Positions 26,589-37,063 of a stretch of 41,653 nucleotides of DNA are shown one piece after another. Position 1 is the first letter of the stretch. Each line of letters begins with the position of its first letter. Below the pieces are notes generated by a model. The model had not been told where the DNA came from. It was given only the letters and a program-made list of their open reading frames with translations, and ran no database searches. Source of the stretch: Promethearchaeota archaeon (GTDB lineage: Archaea; Asgardarchaeota; Lokiarchaeia; Sigyniarchaeales; SOKP01); NCBI GenBank assembly GCA_018238625.1, contig JABCSY010000028.1:1-41653 (forward strand). The letters run 5' to 3'. The translations under genes and the position numbers were made by a program.

Positions 26589-29588
26589 TTAATATACATA
26601 TATTATTTTTTCTTGAGATTCGTAGATAATAGCACTATCGACAATCAAAATCCATTTAAAGTAGAGTATTACGCCTGCTTTCGTAGTGTTTAACAAACCA
26701 TTTAGAACTAAGCCTTGACCAAAATACAATGTAGTATTAATTATAGTGAAATTTACTCGCGTATAGTCACCGTCTATAAATGTGGTGTTTTCAATTGGAT
26801 ACATATCTGGAGGTAAAATTAAGTTATAATCGACATTATTAGTAGTTTGGCTATATACAGATAGATTAACTTTGACATCCAAGCCAGGCGCAGAGAAGTT
26901 AGTATCGTAATTTTGAAGAGTTATTTCGAAGTTTGCTGGATTACTCGGATAAGTCATAGTAGTTTCCATCTCAAAGTTATACGAAATTGAAACGTTAGAG
27001 GTCGTTTCACCTTCCGTAAGGTTCAGATTGTCGTACGCATCTTGAGCGTTTTCACCATAACCAACATTTCTAACAAATGCTTCTACAAATCCGGCTAACT
27101 TTAACTGTTGAAGGCTGCCAGCAGTGCTATATGTAGGAATATAATAATAGATTGAGCCTCCAAGAGGATATATTAAAGTATTTCCGTGCCTAGCGCCCGA
27201 GATTAAAGTAAGATCTTGCGTTGCTTCAGATGCATAAGTTTCTCTCGCTGTTTTAGGACCAATTAAATTTTCGCCGGAATCTCTTGTATAATAGAAAATT
27301 GCTTCACCAAAGTGATCGCCGTGTCTGACTACATATATTCCTGCGAGTAGTGTTGCTGTTTGACCTTGATATTCAACCAAGTCTAATCCAATGTATTCAA
27401 TTCCATCACCTAAATCAGATTCTATGTAGAATAAATTACCATCTTCTGGTCTTTCGTGGAAATCATCGCCTCTTTTCCATGTTTGAGAATTTGTTACGTG
27501 ATATTTGTAATTCGCTTCTAATTGTAACTCAAATAAATCCTCTGGATAGCGCAATTGTGCTTTTAACCAAGTTGGAACTGGTTGCCAATCATATTTTGCC
27601 AAATAAATTTCCCAAAGAGGAGAAGTTGGGTCACCGCTAGGGTCTAAACTCGGATTTTCATAAAAAGTCATCTCCCCACTTATTACATCAATTAAGCTAA
27701 CACCTAAAAATCTTAATATAGGATATTGAGCGTACGAACCTACATGGATATGCGTATAAATCGAAACGGCATAATACATTTTACCTCGGGTTATATCAAA
27801 TACTAAGTAGGGATCACTGTCAATTTTTAATTGAGGAAGGAGTATCTGTTCAACTCTAGTTCTTACATTTCTATTAATCAAATACTGATGATCACTTCTA
27901 GAAGCGTAAGCAAAAAGTCCTATGTTTAAAGTTTTCCAAAACCCTTCTAAGCCAGTAAGAGTACCATCTGGTTCTCCCTCGTATGTAAACTCGTTATTAG
28001 GAATTTCATTTGACCACTCAGTGTTAAGTAATATATCGGAATCATAGGCGCCTAGAGCTCCCGTATCGGAATAACCTAAAGTTTGTTCGAGATATCGTGG
28101 ACTTTCGCTTTCCCCAAAGAAAATCGGATAATTTTCAGTAATGTTGAAAGTTAAAGACACATTTACCAAGTCACCCGAAAATGTATCCATTGCTAAAAAG
28201 CCCTCAACATGATCGTATAATTCAGTGTTAGTCTTGACAGAATCTAAAGCAAGTTCTGAAAACCGTACAGTTTTAGGCGCAACCCAATATTCCTTATTAT
28301 TTATATATACTATGTCTGAGTCTGCTAAACCCTCGAATGTAGAACCGATTGAAGCCGCTAAATACTGAACGGCAAAACTTTGATCAAATTGTCTAACTTG
28401 GGATACCATTAAAGCGTCGGAAGTTGTAGAAGATTCGGTAAAGTTCGAAATTGGCCGTTCTTCAAACATATCTAAACCAGCACACGCCGAAGTCCATTCC
28501 ACTTCTCTATTATATTTTTTTATCCATTGTTGTTCATTCCACACTGCTGTGTCGCTTAGGTTTAATGTTGGTCCAATACTGAATATTAATGGGGTAAGTG
28601 TGAAAGCAATTACGATTACTATGACATAGATGATTTTTTTTTGTTTATATCGCGAAAAAATGAAATTTGCCGAATCTTTTTCGGACTGCATTTTTCCGTA
28701 GAGGTACATGAAGATTCCTAAAGAAGTCATTGTTATGAAACCCAAAATAACTGCCCATATTTGTATAATACCAATACCGTCTAAAGGGAGCGTTGCAACG
28801 AAAAAGAATCCAAGCCCACATAGTAAACCAATTATTAAGAAAACATTTGAAATCACGTAAAAATCGTTTTTACGTAAATATGTATTCTTCACTATGTTAA
28901 GAACCAATCTAAGAATTAATACTCCAAAAATAAAAGTCATTACAGGGAGAATTAGACTTGAGTAGATAAAAATCGCTACAAAATTTGTGCTATTCTGATC
29001 AAATAAAACAGCAAACGCGTCTAATATTATGTTTGGAGTGATTTGAATTTCACCGTTTTCAATCAAATAGATTGTCCAAGAAAAGCCGCCACTATTTACA
29101 TCAAGTAGTAAACCTAATAAATAGAACATTACAAATCCAATCGTCCACCAAAACGCTAATGCTTTTAACCTTGAGGGTTTTCCGAATCTTAGCTTAGTAC
29201 CAATTATAGTTAACAAATTTCTTTCGGGTGGTAAACTCATTATAATAGATCCGATTAGCGCCCCAATTAATGCGGTCTTGTTAAATATAAAATTAGTAGC
29301 CCAGCCATTTAAGAAGTAGAAATCAAAGAAATCAATTCCACCCGCTTTAATTGAATATAATTGATCCTGAAGACTAATACTCCCGAACCAAGAGGGCCAC
29401 CACCAGAAAATGGCTATCGAAGCAATTATCGCAACAACTCCAATAATCAAGAGAATTAGTTTTTTAGATTGCCCATTTTTTTTAAATAGGTTGTAATTAA
29501 ACCGATCACCTCCTGCTATATTTGCAGCTTGACAGTCTTCGCAGTAGTAATTAAAGTTTTTATGTTTAGAACACGATTTTTTTGCCAT
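26589..29588 (-). CDS. UPF0182 (COG1615)-like membrane protein with a large extracytoplasmic domain
   Basis: N-terminal TM bundle, then LY.H..GF, PIFFGE, RNV..RV..ILLP.LK.DSDPYLV and LRYPEDLFELQ....KYHVT motifs. Confidence 0.78.
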   Translation of the reverse strand: MAKKSCSKHKNFNYYCEDCQAANIAGGDRFNYNLFKKNGQSKKLILLIIGVVAIIASIAIFWWWPSWFGSISLQDQLYSIKAGGIDFFDFYFLNGWATNFIFNKTALIGALIGSIIMSLPPERNLLTIIGTKLRFGKPSRLKALAFWWTIGFVMFYLLGLLLDVNSGGFSWTIYLIENGEIQITPNIILDAFAVLFDQNSTNFVAIFIYSSLILPVMTFIFGVLILRLVLNIVKNTYLRKNDFYVISNVFLIIGLLCGLGFFFVATLPLDGIGIIQIWAVILGFITMTSLGIFMYLYGKMQSEKDSANFIFSRYKQKKIIYVIVIVIAFTLTPLIFSIGPTLNLSDTAVWNEQQWIKKYNREVEWTSACAGLDMFEERPISNFTESSTTSDALMVSQVRQFDQSFAVQYLAASIGSTFEGLADSDIVYINNKEYWVAPKTVRFSELALDSVKTNTELYDHVEGFLAMDTFSGDLVNVSLTFNITENYPIFFGESESPRYLEQTLGYSDTGALGAYDSDILLNTEWSNEIPNNEFTYEGEPDGTLTGLEGFWKTLNIGLFAYASRSDHQYLINRNVRTRVEQILLPQLKIDSDPYLVFDITRGKMYYAVSIYTHIHVGSYAQYPILRFLGVSLIDVISGEMTFYENPSLDPSGDPTSPLWEIYLAKYDWQPVPTWLKAQLRYPEDLFELQLEANYKYHVTNSQTWKRGDDFHERPEDGNLFYIESDLGDGIEYIGLDLVEYQGQTATLLAGIYVVRHGDHFGEAIFYYTRDSGENLIGPKTARETYASEATQDLTLISGARHGNTLIYPLGGSIYYYIPTYSTAGSLQQLKLAGFVEAFVRNVGYGENAQDAYDNLNLTEGETTSNVSISYNFEMETTMTYPSNPANFEITLQNYDTNFSAPGLDVKVNLSVYSQTTNNVDYNLILPPDMYPIENTTFIDGDYTRVNFTIINTTLYFGQGLVLNGLLNTTKAGVILYFKWILIVDSAIIYESQEKIIYVY

Positions 29589-29716
29589 GTAAAATCAACA
29601 TTTTTTTTTTTACTTAAAATTAAAAGATAAAAAATTTTTAGATAATATAAAGCGTTAATATAAAAGATAATCACTAATATTAAGAATTATCTTTTTTGAA
29701 ATATAGGTACTTTCAG

Positions 29717-30112
29717 ATGGCCAAAAAGAAAAAAATTCGAGAGGACTTTGATGCGGTCTTCGCAAGCGGTAATGAAAAAGCGATTAAAGAAATGCTAGAT
29801 AAATATCCTTGGTTACTTGACGAAGTTTCAAACGAGATGAAAGGTAACATAGGAGAGCAGCAGCAAATGATCGCAGCATTAGGCGTAATGGAGGATGAGC
29901 TTGGAGGACCGGTTCCTTTAGACGAGATAATTTTTAGTTTAAGAATAGATTTCAATATTCGTAAAACAGAAGAAGAAGTACACGAAGTTTTAAGTAGCAC
30001 AGAAGACCTAAGTTTAGTTAAGAGAGAGGCAGACGGTTGGACTTTAACGCCTGAAGGAGGCAAAGTTTGCGACGATTTTCTAAATAGAACTTTAGGAAAA
30101 ATTGAATTTTAA
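29717..30112 (+). CDS. Small protein with probable C-terminal winged helix
   Basis: PVPLDEI..L..F....EEV..VL....L.LV.....GWTLTPEG pattern (ATG 29717; track start 29696). Confidence 0.65.
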   Translation: MAKKKKIREDFDAVFASGNEKAIKEMLDKYPWLLDEVSNEMKGNIGEQQQMIAALGVMEDELGGPVPLDEIIFSLRIDFNIRKTEEEVHEVLSSTEDLSLVKREADGWTLTPEGGKVCDDFLNRTLGKIEF

Positions 30113-30188
30113 AATTGCTATTAAAACGATATATTTTACCTATAAGTGTTTTGTAATTTAAATAAAAGCCTTTTAAATTTTCCCTAAT

Positions 30189-33100
30189 TTGATGATTAAG
30201 ATGGAAAAACGAGAAGAAGAAAAGGATAATAATCAAGAATTTAACGATAACAACCCAGACCCTACAAAAGTAGCTTTCTTTTCTGATATGGGTAATATGG
30301 AAGAAGAGATAGCTTCTGAAGCGATTGAATTAGTAACACACGCTTTATCGTTAATTGAAGCGCGTTTTTATGACGATAGCATCGAAATTTTTCGTCAGGC
30401 AATTGGGTTATACGATCAAATTAATAAAATTGCAGAAGTTGACGCGTTAAATAATAAAATTTCCGAGATTTATTTGTTAAAGGAACAATCGTTTAGGGAA
30501 AGTGAATTAGAAAGAGATACTATAATTCAAGATTCTCAAGAAGCTCTTTTAGAACAGACTGAAGAGGAATTGTATAGTCAAGCAGATTCCTTAATTATAG
30601 AGGCTCTACAACTTGTAACAAACGAAAGATTTGATGATGCTCTTGATAAATATGACGAAGCAACAAAAATTCTCCAAAAATTAAGTAAAGAGCTTGAATT
30701 AGCAAAACTAAGTGAATTGATTGAGGATTGTTTTAATAAGAAAGCAGAGTTTGTGCAAATACATAAGAAAGCGTCTACTGGGGAGATTATTACCTTAGAG
30801 CAAGAAAATGAAGGCACATTATCGAAATTAGAAATAAAGACACAACGAATTAGAGCATTTGAAGAATTTAAAAGGAAAGAAAATCAAATATCTAACCATG
30901 CATATGAATTAATTGGTAATGCAACAGAATTAAAAAAGATACGACAGTACGATGAAGCTATAAGGTTATACGACGAGGGACTTGCTTTATTTCAAGAAAT
31001 CAATTGGAACAATGAAGTTAAAAAAATTAAAAACATGATAGAACAAGTTGAGAGAGAGAAAAAAAGGTTTTTGGAAGAGTTTCAAAAAATCAAAGTAGAA
31101 AAAGAGCAAGCGGAAGAAATCAAAAAACAAAAAGAAGCTGCTTTAATAGATAGCGCTCAACTTCAAGAGCAAATAAAAGATCACGCTCAAGCAGAAAAGC
31201 TAAGGGCACAATCTGAGAGAAAACAAGAAGAGACGACATTTCAAAATGAAATTGCTGAGATGGTAGATTATGCTGAAAAGTTAGCAAGAGATTATGATTT
31301 AAAAGTTAAATCGGCGATTAGAAAAGGAAAACTACTCGAAGAATGCGTTTTTCCTGTGGTGATTAAGATTTACGAAGAAGTAAGCAAAAAAGTGAAAGAT
31401 AGAGGTTGGAAAGACCAAGTAGAACTGTATGCTAACCAAATTAGGCATTATCACGCGCTTTTAGAAAAAGATAAGAATCTACGCCAAATAGAAATTCAGA
31501 AACGACAGAAACAAAAAGAATATGACGAAGCATTAAAAATTAAAACAGATTCGACAATTGTTGAAGTAGATGTCGCACAAAAAAAAGGTTTTGAAGAACA
31601 GAGAAAGCAAGAAGCTGAAGTTAAAAATTTTAGAGAAATGATCGAGAATTTGGTGAATAGAGCAGAAAAAATTGGACGTGAATACAACACCGCTTTTAAA
31701 AAAGCAGTCAAAGAGGGCAATATGAATATAGAATCCAAATATCCAAAAATAATTAAAATTTACACTAAAGCAAGAGCTAACGTTTTAGAAAAAGGTTGGA
31801 ACGAGGATGCCGCTATTCTTTCAAGCCACATTAGAAAATATTCTGAATTATTAGAAAAAGAAAAAAGAATAAGAGAAATAGAAGCGAAGAAAGGCGAAGA
31901 AAAGAAAACTTATGAAGAATTTCATAAAATTCAAAAAAAGGAATTTGATGCAGAGAAAATAAAAGAAATTGAAATTAAAAAAGTAAAAGAATTTGAAGAG
32001 GATAAATTTCAAAAAGATATTACTGACCTTGTAGACAAAGCAGAGAGAATGGCGCGTGATTATGAAGTAGCTTTGAAAAAAGCAATAAGAGCGGGAGAAC
32101 TTATAGAAAATTCACCATATAGTAGAATAATTGAAATATATAATCAGATTAGAGAAGGAGTTATTTCAAGAGGTTGGAAGGACCAAACATTAATGTATAC
32201 GAACCAAATAAGAATTTACCAAGATAAATTAGAAAACGATAATAAGCTAAGAGAAATAGAGATATCTAAGATTCGAAAACGAAAAGAATTTGAAGAATCT
32301 CTAAAAGTTAAAACGGAAAGTATTCCCCTTGAAAAATTAAAAGAAATTGAAAGTAAAAAATCAAAAAAGGTAGAAGAACAAAATTTTCAAAAAGAAATTA
32401 CTGGAATCGTTGACAAAGCAGAGAAATTAGCTAGAGAATATGAAATAGCAAAAAAAAGTGCTATAAAAAAAGGAAAAGATTTAGGAAAAGATCCTTATTT
32501 TGAAATTATTGAAATATATACAAAATTGCGAAATAAAGTTTTAACAAGAGGATGGACTGATCAAGCGTTAATATATGCTAAGCAAATTAAAATTTATCAA
32601 GAAAAATTAGAAAGCGATAAAAAATTACGTCAAATTGAACTTGAAAAAATTCAAAAGCAAAAAGGCTTTGAAGAATCGCTTAAAGTAAAAGCGGAAGGAT
32701 TAACAGTTGATAAATTGAAAAATCTTGAAAGCTTATCAAAACAAGAACAGGACGAGGAGAAATTTGAAAGAGAAATCGATGACTTAGTAGACAAAACTGA
32801 AAAATTAGCCCGGGAGTACGATTTAGCTATTAAAAGAGGGCAATTTGAAAAAGATTGTCCTTATCTGATAATTTCAGAATTATATCAAAAGATTAGAGAA
32901 AAAGTATATGCTCGAGGTTGGAAAGAAGAGGCAGATATATATGGTAATCAAATTAATCGTTATCGAGAGAAATATGAAAGAGACAAACGGTTACGTGAAT
33001 TAGAGGCAAAAAAAGTAGAAAAACAAAAAGTCTTTGAAGAATCCTTTAAAATAACTAAAGAAGTTAAGGAACTTAAACTTCAAGAGATACAAGCAATCGA

Positions 33101-35057
33101 AAGCAAAGACAGAGAAAGTGATGGCTTATTGAACGAAGCTATGGCCCTTATTAATGAAGCTGAAAACGAAGTAAGAAGCTATGAGTTAAGTTTAAAAAAA
33201 GATCTTTTGCACAATATAAGCCCTTATGAAAAAGCAATTTCAAACTATGAAAAAGCTAGAAAATTATTCCACAAAATAGGATGGAAAGAAGAAGCACACC
33301 GATTAATAAGTACCATAACCTTTTATAAAGAAAAAAAAGTAAAAGATGATAATCTACGATTACTTGAACAACAAAAATTAGAAGCATCTAAGGAAAAGTT
33401 GAAATATAAACCGAAAGAAGAAGTTTTTGCTCATGAAAATAAAATTATAGAATTTGAGAAGTTAAAAGAAGCTACGACAAAAGAATCTGAGGGAATTTTT
33501 AATATTATCAATCGCGCCGAAAGATTGGCTCAGGAGTATGAAATTAGCAAGAAAAGAGGAATTTTGATTATTGAATCGCCGTACGAAGAAATAATTAATA
33601 TGTACATGACGGCAAAAAAAGAATTTGAAAAGATCGGATGGAACGAACAAGCTAATCAAATAACCAACTCTATACGGCACTATCAAGAAAAGTCAAAAGC
33701 TGATAAAAGATTAAGAGCCTTGGAAACAGAAAAGATCTCAAAAGAAGAAGAAGAAATAAAGAAACGTAAAATCGAAACACGTTTAGCTAGAGAAGCAGAG
33801 GTAGAGTTATCAAAACAAAAAGCTCAAGCCCTTGAACTTAAAAGAAAACAAGCGTTAGAATATGAATCCAAAAAAGAGCAAGCTTTCACCTTTATGGATC
33901 TTGCAAAAAAAGAGTTCAAGCAAAAAAATTTCGAAAAAGCAATAAAATTCTATAAGGAAAGCGAGAAAATCTTTGCTGAGATTAAATGGTCCGAAGGTCA
34001 AAAAATGATAAAAGAATCTATCAAAGTAATTAAGCTGAAAAAAGAAAGAATAGAACAAGAACAAAAAGTTGCCGAAAGGCAGGAAACAGAGAGATTAAAA
34101 CTTGAAGCTCAAATTGAAGATGAAATAATAAAAGCTAAGGATTTACAAAAATTGCAACAAGATCAAAAGAGACGAGAGTTTTTAGCTATACAGAAAGAAA
34201 AAGAAAGAGAGAAAGAAATTTCAGAAAACGCTTATCACTTTTTAGAAGAAGGAACTAAATTGAAAAATAAAAAGAAATTTGAAGAAGCTTTTGAAAAGTA
34301 TATTATGGGGCGGGATCTATTTAAAAAAATTGGATGGCAACACGAAGTTAGTCGAATAAACAACGATTTACTGTTTATCCTTAAAAAAGAAATGAAACAA
34401 ACAGAAAAGATAAAAGCCATGCAACAGAAAAAAGTTGAAGATAAAAAAGAGCTCGAAGGTCTATTAAAAGAAGCTGAGAAAAAACGAAAGGAACTCGATG
34501 ATATAAAAAAAGAAGAAAAACGTAAACGGCGCGAGGAAATCGTTCAAAAAGAATTAGACAGCGCCAATCAAATCATTAAAGACCTTAAATATAACGAAGG
34601 AATATTAAAGTTAAAAAATGTAATTAAGAAATTAGAAAAATTGAAACAAGACAAACTGGTAAAGCAAATGAATAAACAGATTGAAGTTTTAGAGAACGCC
34701 AGTCAAGTACCTATTATTACAACGAGTGAACTCGAAAGGGATGAAAATATCAATAAATTTGAATTAGCTTATCGCGCTTTAGACAAAGCTCAAATTTCTT
34801 TATCAAATAATCTTTTTATGAAAGCAATTACACAACTTAATGAAGCAATGTTTAACCTAAAAGAGACAAAAATTGGTATTAAGTATATATCCTTAATAGA
34901 AAATAGAATAAACACTTATAAAAAGGAATTAGATATTAAAACGGTTCAAGAACTGAAAGTAGAGGTTCCAAAAGAAGAGATTGACGATATACGAGTGAAA
35001 ATTGCTGCTAGACGCGCTGAAAGGAGGAAAAAGATTAAAGAATTAATGTCGAAATAA
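30189..35057 (+). CDS. Giant (1622 aa) charged all-helical repeat protein (TPR/MIT-like modules joined by coiled-coil linkers)
   Basis: E/K-rich; seven clear ~120-130-aa repeats LVDKAEKLAREYE..PY..II.IY..GW..Q..Y..QI..Y, plus shorter TPR-like units. True start may be ATG 30192 or 30201. Confidence 0.85.
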   Translation: MMIKMEKREEEKDNNQEFNDNNPDPTKVAFFSDMGNMEEEIASEAIELVTHALSLIEARFYDDSIEIFRQAIGLYDQINKIAEVDALNNKISEIYLLKEQSFRESELERDTIIQDSQEALLEQTEEELYSQADSLIIEALQLVTNERFDDALDKYDEATKILQKLSKELELAKLSELIEDCFNKKAEFVQIHKKASTGEIITLEQENEGTLSKLEIKTQRIRAFEEFKRKENQISNHAYELIGNATELKKIRQYDEAIRLYDEGLALFQEINWNNEVKKIKNMIEQVEREKKRFLEEFQKIKVEKEQAEEIKKQKEAALIDSAQLQEQIKDHAQAEKLRAQSERKQEETTFQNEIAEMVDYAEKLARDYDLKVKSAIRKGKLLEECVFPVVIKIYEEVSKKVKDRGWKDQVELYANQIRHYHALLEKDKNLRQIEIQKRQKQKEYDEALKIKTDSTIVEVDVAQKKGFEEQRKQEAEVKNFREMIENLVNRAEKIGREYNTAFKKAVKEGNMNIESKYPKIIKIYTKARANVLEKGWNEDAAILSSHIRKYSELLEKEKRIREIEAKKGEEKKTYEEFHKIQKKEFDAEKIKEIEIKKVKEFEEDKFQKDITDLVDKAERMARDYEVALKKAIRAGELIENSPYSRIIEIYNQIREGVISRGWKDQTLMYTNQIRIYQDKLENDNKLREIEISKIRKRKEFEESLKVKTESIPLEKLKEIESKKSKKVEEQNFQKEITGIVDKAEKLAREYEIAKKSAIKKGKDLGKDPYFEIIEIYTKLRNKVLTRGWTDQALIYAKQIKIYQEKLESDKKLRQIELEKIQKQKGFEESLKVKAEGLTVDKLKNLESLSKQEQDEEKFEREIDDLVDKTEKLAREYDLAIKRGQFEKDCPYLIISELYQKIREKVYARGWKEEADIYGNQINRYREKYERDKRLRELEAKKVEKQKVFEESFKITKEVKELKLQEIQAIESKDRESDGLLNEAMALINEAENEVRSYELSLKKDLLHNISPYEKAISNYEKARKLFHKIGWKEEAHRLISTITFYKEKKVKDDNLRLLEQQKLEASKEKLKYKPKEEVFAHENKIIEFEKLKEATTKESEGIFNIINRAERLAQEYEISKKRGILIIESPYEEIINMYMTAKKEFEKIGWNEQANQITNSIRHYQEKSKADKRLRALETEKISKEEEEIKKRKIETRLAREAEVELSKQKAQALELKRKQALEYESKKEQAFTFMDLAKKEFKQKNFEKAIKFYKESEKIFAEIKWSEGQKMIKESIKVIKLKKERIEQEQKVAERQETERLKLEAQIEDEIIKAKDLQKLQQDQKRREFLAIQKEKEREKEISENAYHFLEEGTKLKNKKKFEEAFEKYIMGRDLFKKIGWQHEVSRINNDLLFILKKEMKQTEKIKAMQQKKVEDKKELEGLLKEAEKKRKELDDIKKEEKRKRREEIVQKELDSANQIIKDLKYNEGILKLKNVIKKLEKLKQDKLVKQMNKQIEVLENASQVPIITTSELERDENINKFELAYRALDKAQISLSNNLFMKAITQLNEAMFNLKETKIGIKYISLIENRINTYKKELDIKTVQELKVEVPKEEIDDIRVKIAARRAERRKKIKELMSK

Positions 35058-35147
35058 AAAAAATCTCATTTTAAATTATTTTATAAAATTATAATCCACT
35101 TCCTAATATCAAGATTTTAAAAAAGAAAAAAGAAAATAGTTTAATTT

Positions 35148-35363
35148 CTAAATTTCGCTTTCAATCTCAGTTTCTACTAAACTTGGATTGAGGTTTCTTT
35201 TTACGGATTCTTCGATTAAATACTCCGTCCTAATCAAGTCTCTAATCCCGACCCGTATCGCTTCACTTCGATTTGGAAACTTTCCTTCCGAAACGAGTAT
35301 TTCTAAAACTTTTAAATAAGATTCTGGTAAATTTACTGAAATTAACTTTATTTTAACCACCAC
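35148..35363 (-). CDS. Ribbon-helix-helix (CopG/MetJ) regulator, CdrS-like
   Basis: ISVNLPE..L..LE.LV.EGKFPNRSEAIR.GIRDLI; GTG start chosen (track start TTG 35405). Confidence 0.85.
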   Translation of the reverse strand: MVVKIKLISVNLPESYLKVLEILVSEGKFPNRSEAIRVGIRDLIRTEYLIEESVKRNLNPSLVETEIESEI

Positions 35364-35646
35364 ATTTTTGAGTTCTTTGGAAAAACTCTTCGTTTTTCTA
35401 TACAATTATATATACCGAGGTGATATTTAAAGTTTTTAATGGAAATCGACCCCAAGAAATCCGACGAATTAAAATTAGATGTCATCTCTCTACTTAAATA
35501 TTATTTTAGATTTTTTTCTGCTCGCTTTTAAGATTATCTAACAAAATTTCGCTACCAAAAACTTTTTAAATGCCATATAGTATATATTATATGCCTTATA
35601 TGTAACACCTAACATTCATAATATTTTTTCAAAAAAGTGATTAAAT

Positions 35647-35970
35647 ATGGCTGATATTGAAGCTCAGTTAAGAAACCATCTAAAAACCGCAGCTGATTGG
35701 GAAAAAATGGAAGCTCCTGTACCAGGAGTTTTTGTAGTAAAGGTCCCTGCAACTAAAACTAGACCAGCATTACTCTTCTTAGAAATTAATCCTCTAAAGG
35801 ATGATGGTAAACCGATGAAAAGAAAAGGCTTATTTGTTGGTTCAAAAGAAATGCTGATAAAATTTGGAGAAGCTTTAAATGACGATAAAGTTTTTCAATT
35901 AATTGGTGAATTGGAAAAAATTAATCCTGAAGTGGCTACAAGCGGAACAGTAAAAAAGTTAAAAATGTAA
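35647..35970 (+). CDS. Conserved-looking archaeal hypothetical protein, possibly PC4-like fold
   Basis: Clean 107-aa ORF with GTGA ribosome-binding site, upstream TATA and downstream T-tract; motif LEINP..DG.P.KRKGL. Confidence 0.75.
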   Translation: MADIEAQLRNHLKTAADWEKMEAPVPGVFVVKVPATKTRPALLFLEINPLKDDGKPMKRKGLFVGSKEMLIKFGEALNDDKVFQLIGELEKINPEVATSGTVKKLKM

Positions 35971-36119
35971 TTTTACATCATTTTTTTTTTCTCTTACTAT
36001 TATTTTTTTTCTCTCTCTCAATTTTAAATGTAAAAAGCTTTAATTTTTTAAATATAAACTCTATTAATTATTTAAAATATTTTAAGCTAAAATTCCTAAA
36101 AAACATTTGAAGTGATTAT

Positions 36120-36401
36120 ATGGGAGAAGAATTTGATGGAAAATGTTGTATTCAATGTGGTAAAGAGACCTTTCGATTAGTTAACGACGACTGGATGTCG
36201 AGAACGTTTAGGTTCGTGGAAAAAGGCCAATTAAAGATGTGCGATGGCTGTGGAGCTAAATATTTGGTATGCCAGCAGTGTGGATCGCTTTTTACGAGAG
36301 TTCATCCCGCATTAGAAGCGTGGGAAATAAACCAAAAATGCGTTGTGTGCGGATATGAGGACCCTGAAGTAAAAGCATGGGATGGCGTTTCAGCTCGCTA
36401 A
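36120..36401 (+). CDS. Small double zinc-finger protein
   Basis: Four CxxC pairs (CIQC, CDGC, CQQC, CVVC). Confidence 0.8.
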   Translation: MGEEFDGKCCIQCGKETFRLVNDDWMSRTFRFVEKGQLKMCDGCGAKYLVCQQCGSLFTRVHPALEAWEINQKCVVCGYEDPEVKAWDGVSAR

Positions 36402-36460
36402 ATTTTCTTATTTTGTAAAAATTAATATTAATATAAATTCATTGAATAAAATTACATATC

Positions 36461-36492
36461 TTTCTTGATTTTTATTAATTGTAATCAAGAAA
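36461..36492. promoter_or_regulatory. Inverted repeat TTTCTTGATT-N12-AATCAAGAAA upstream of the GNAT-rfc operon
   Basis: Perfect 10-bp arms ending directly at an ATATAAAT TATA-like element. Confidence 0.45.
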
Positions 36493-36562
36493 ATATAAAT
36501 TTTGAAAAAGTAATTAATAATTGATTGTTAATAATTATGATTTTTTAATCCTCTAAAAGAAG

Positions 36563-37048
36563 ATGGTAGACATGAAAAATATTAGAATTGAAAATGCAAC
36601 GCCAGATCAAATTGATTCTTTACAAGCTTTAATGAAATTATTGATTTCAAGATATGGTGACAAATTTGATCACAAACGGTTTGATTGGGGCATCCGCAGA
36701 CGGCTTTATGATCCTTTACAGAGACACGGTATATTGATAGCGATAGATGAAGATAAAGATAACGAAGTTATCGGCATGATAATTGCGGAGTTGCGAATCG
36801 ATCCATTTGGTGCTTCTGAGGGGTATATTAAACAAGTTTTTCTTAAAGAGGGTTACAGGGGACAAGGTATAGGCGAATTACTCGTTAAAAAAGCTATTGA
36901 ACATTTACAGAAAATAAAAGTAGAAAAAATAAAAGTAAACATTAAAGAAAAAGCGAAGGAAGCGGCTAAACTTTACGCAAAGATGAATTTTAAGAAAGTA
37001 TATGAGGTTTTAGAACTAGATCTCTCGAAAGAAAGTCTTGAAGATTAA
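36563..37048 (+). CDS. GNAT-family N-acetyltransferase
   Basis: Motif A VFLKEGYRGQGIGELL and A.KLY.KMNF. Confidence 0.88.
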   Translation: MVDMKNIRIENATPDQIDSLQALMKLLISRYGDKFDHKRFDWGIRRRLYDPLQRHGILIAIDEDKDNEVIGMIIAELRIDPFGASEGYIKQVFLKEGYRGQGIGELLVKKAIEHLQKIKVEKIKVNIKEKAKEAAKLYAKMNFKKVYEVLELDLSKESLED

Positions 37049-37063
37049 AAGCATAAATATAGA

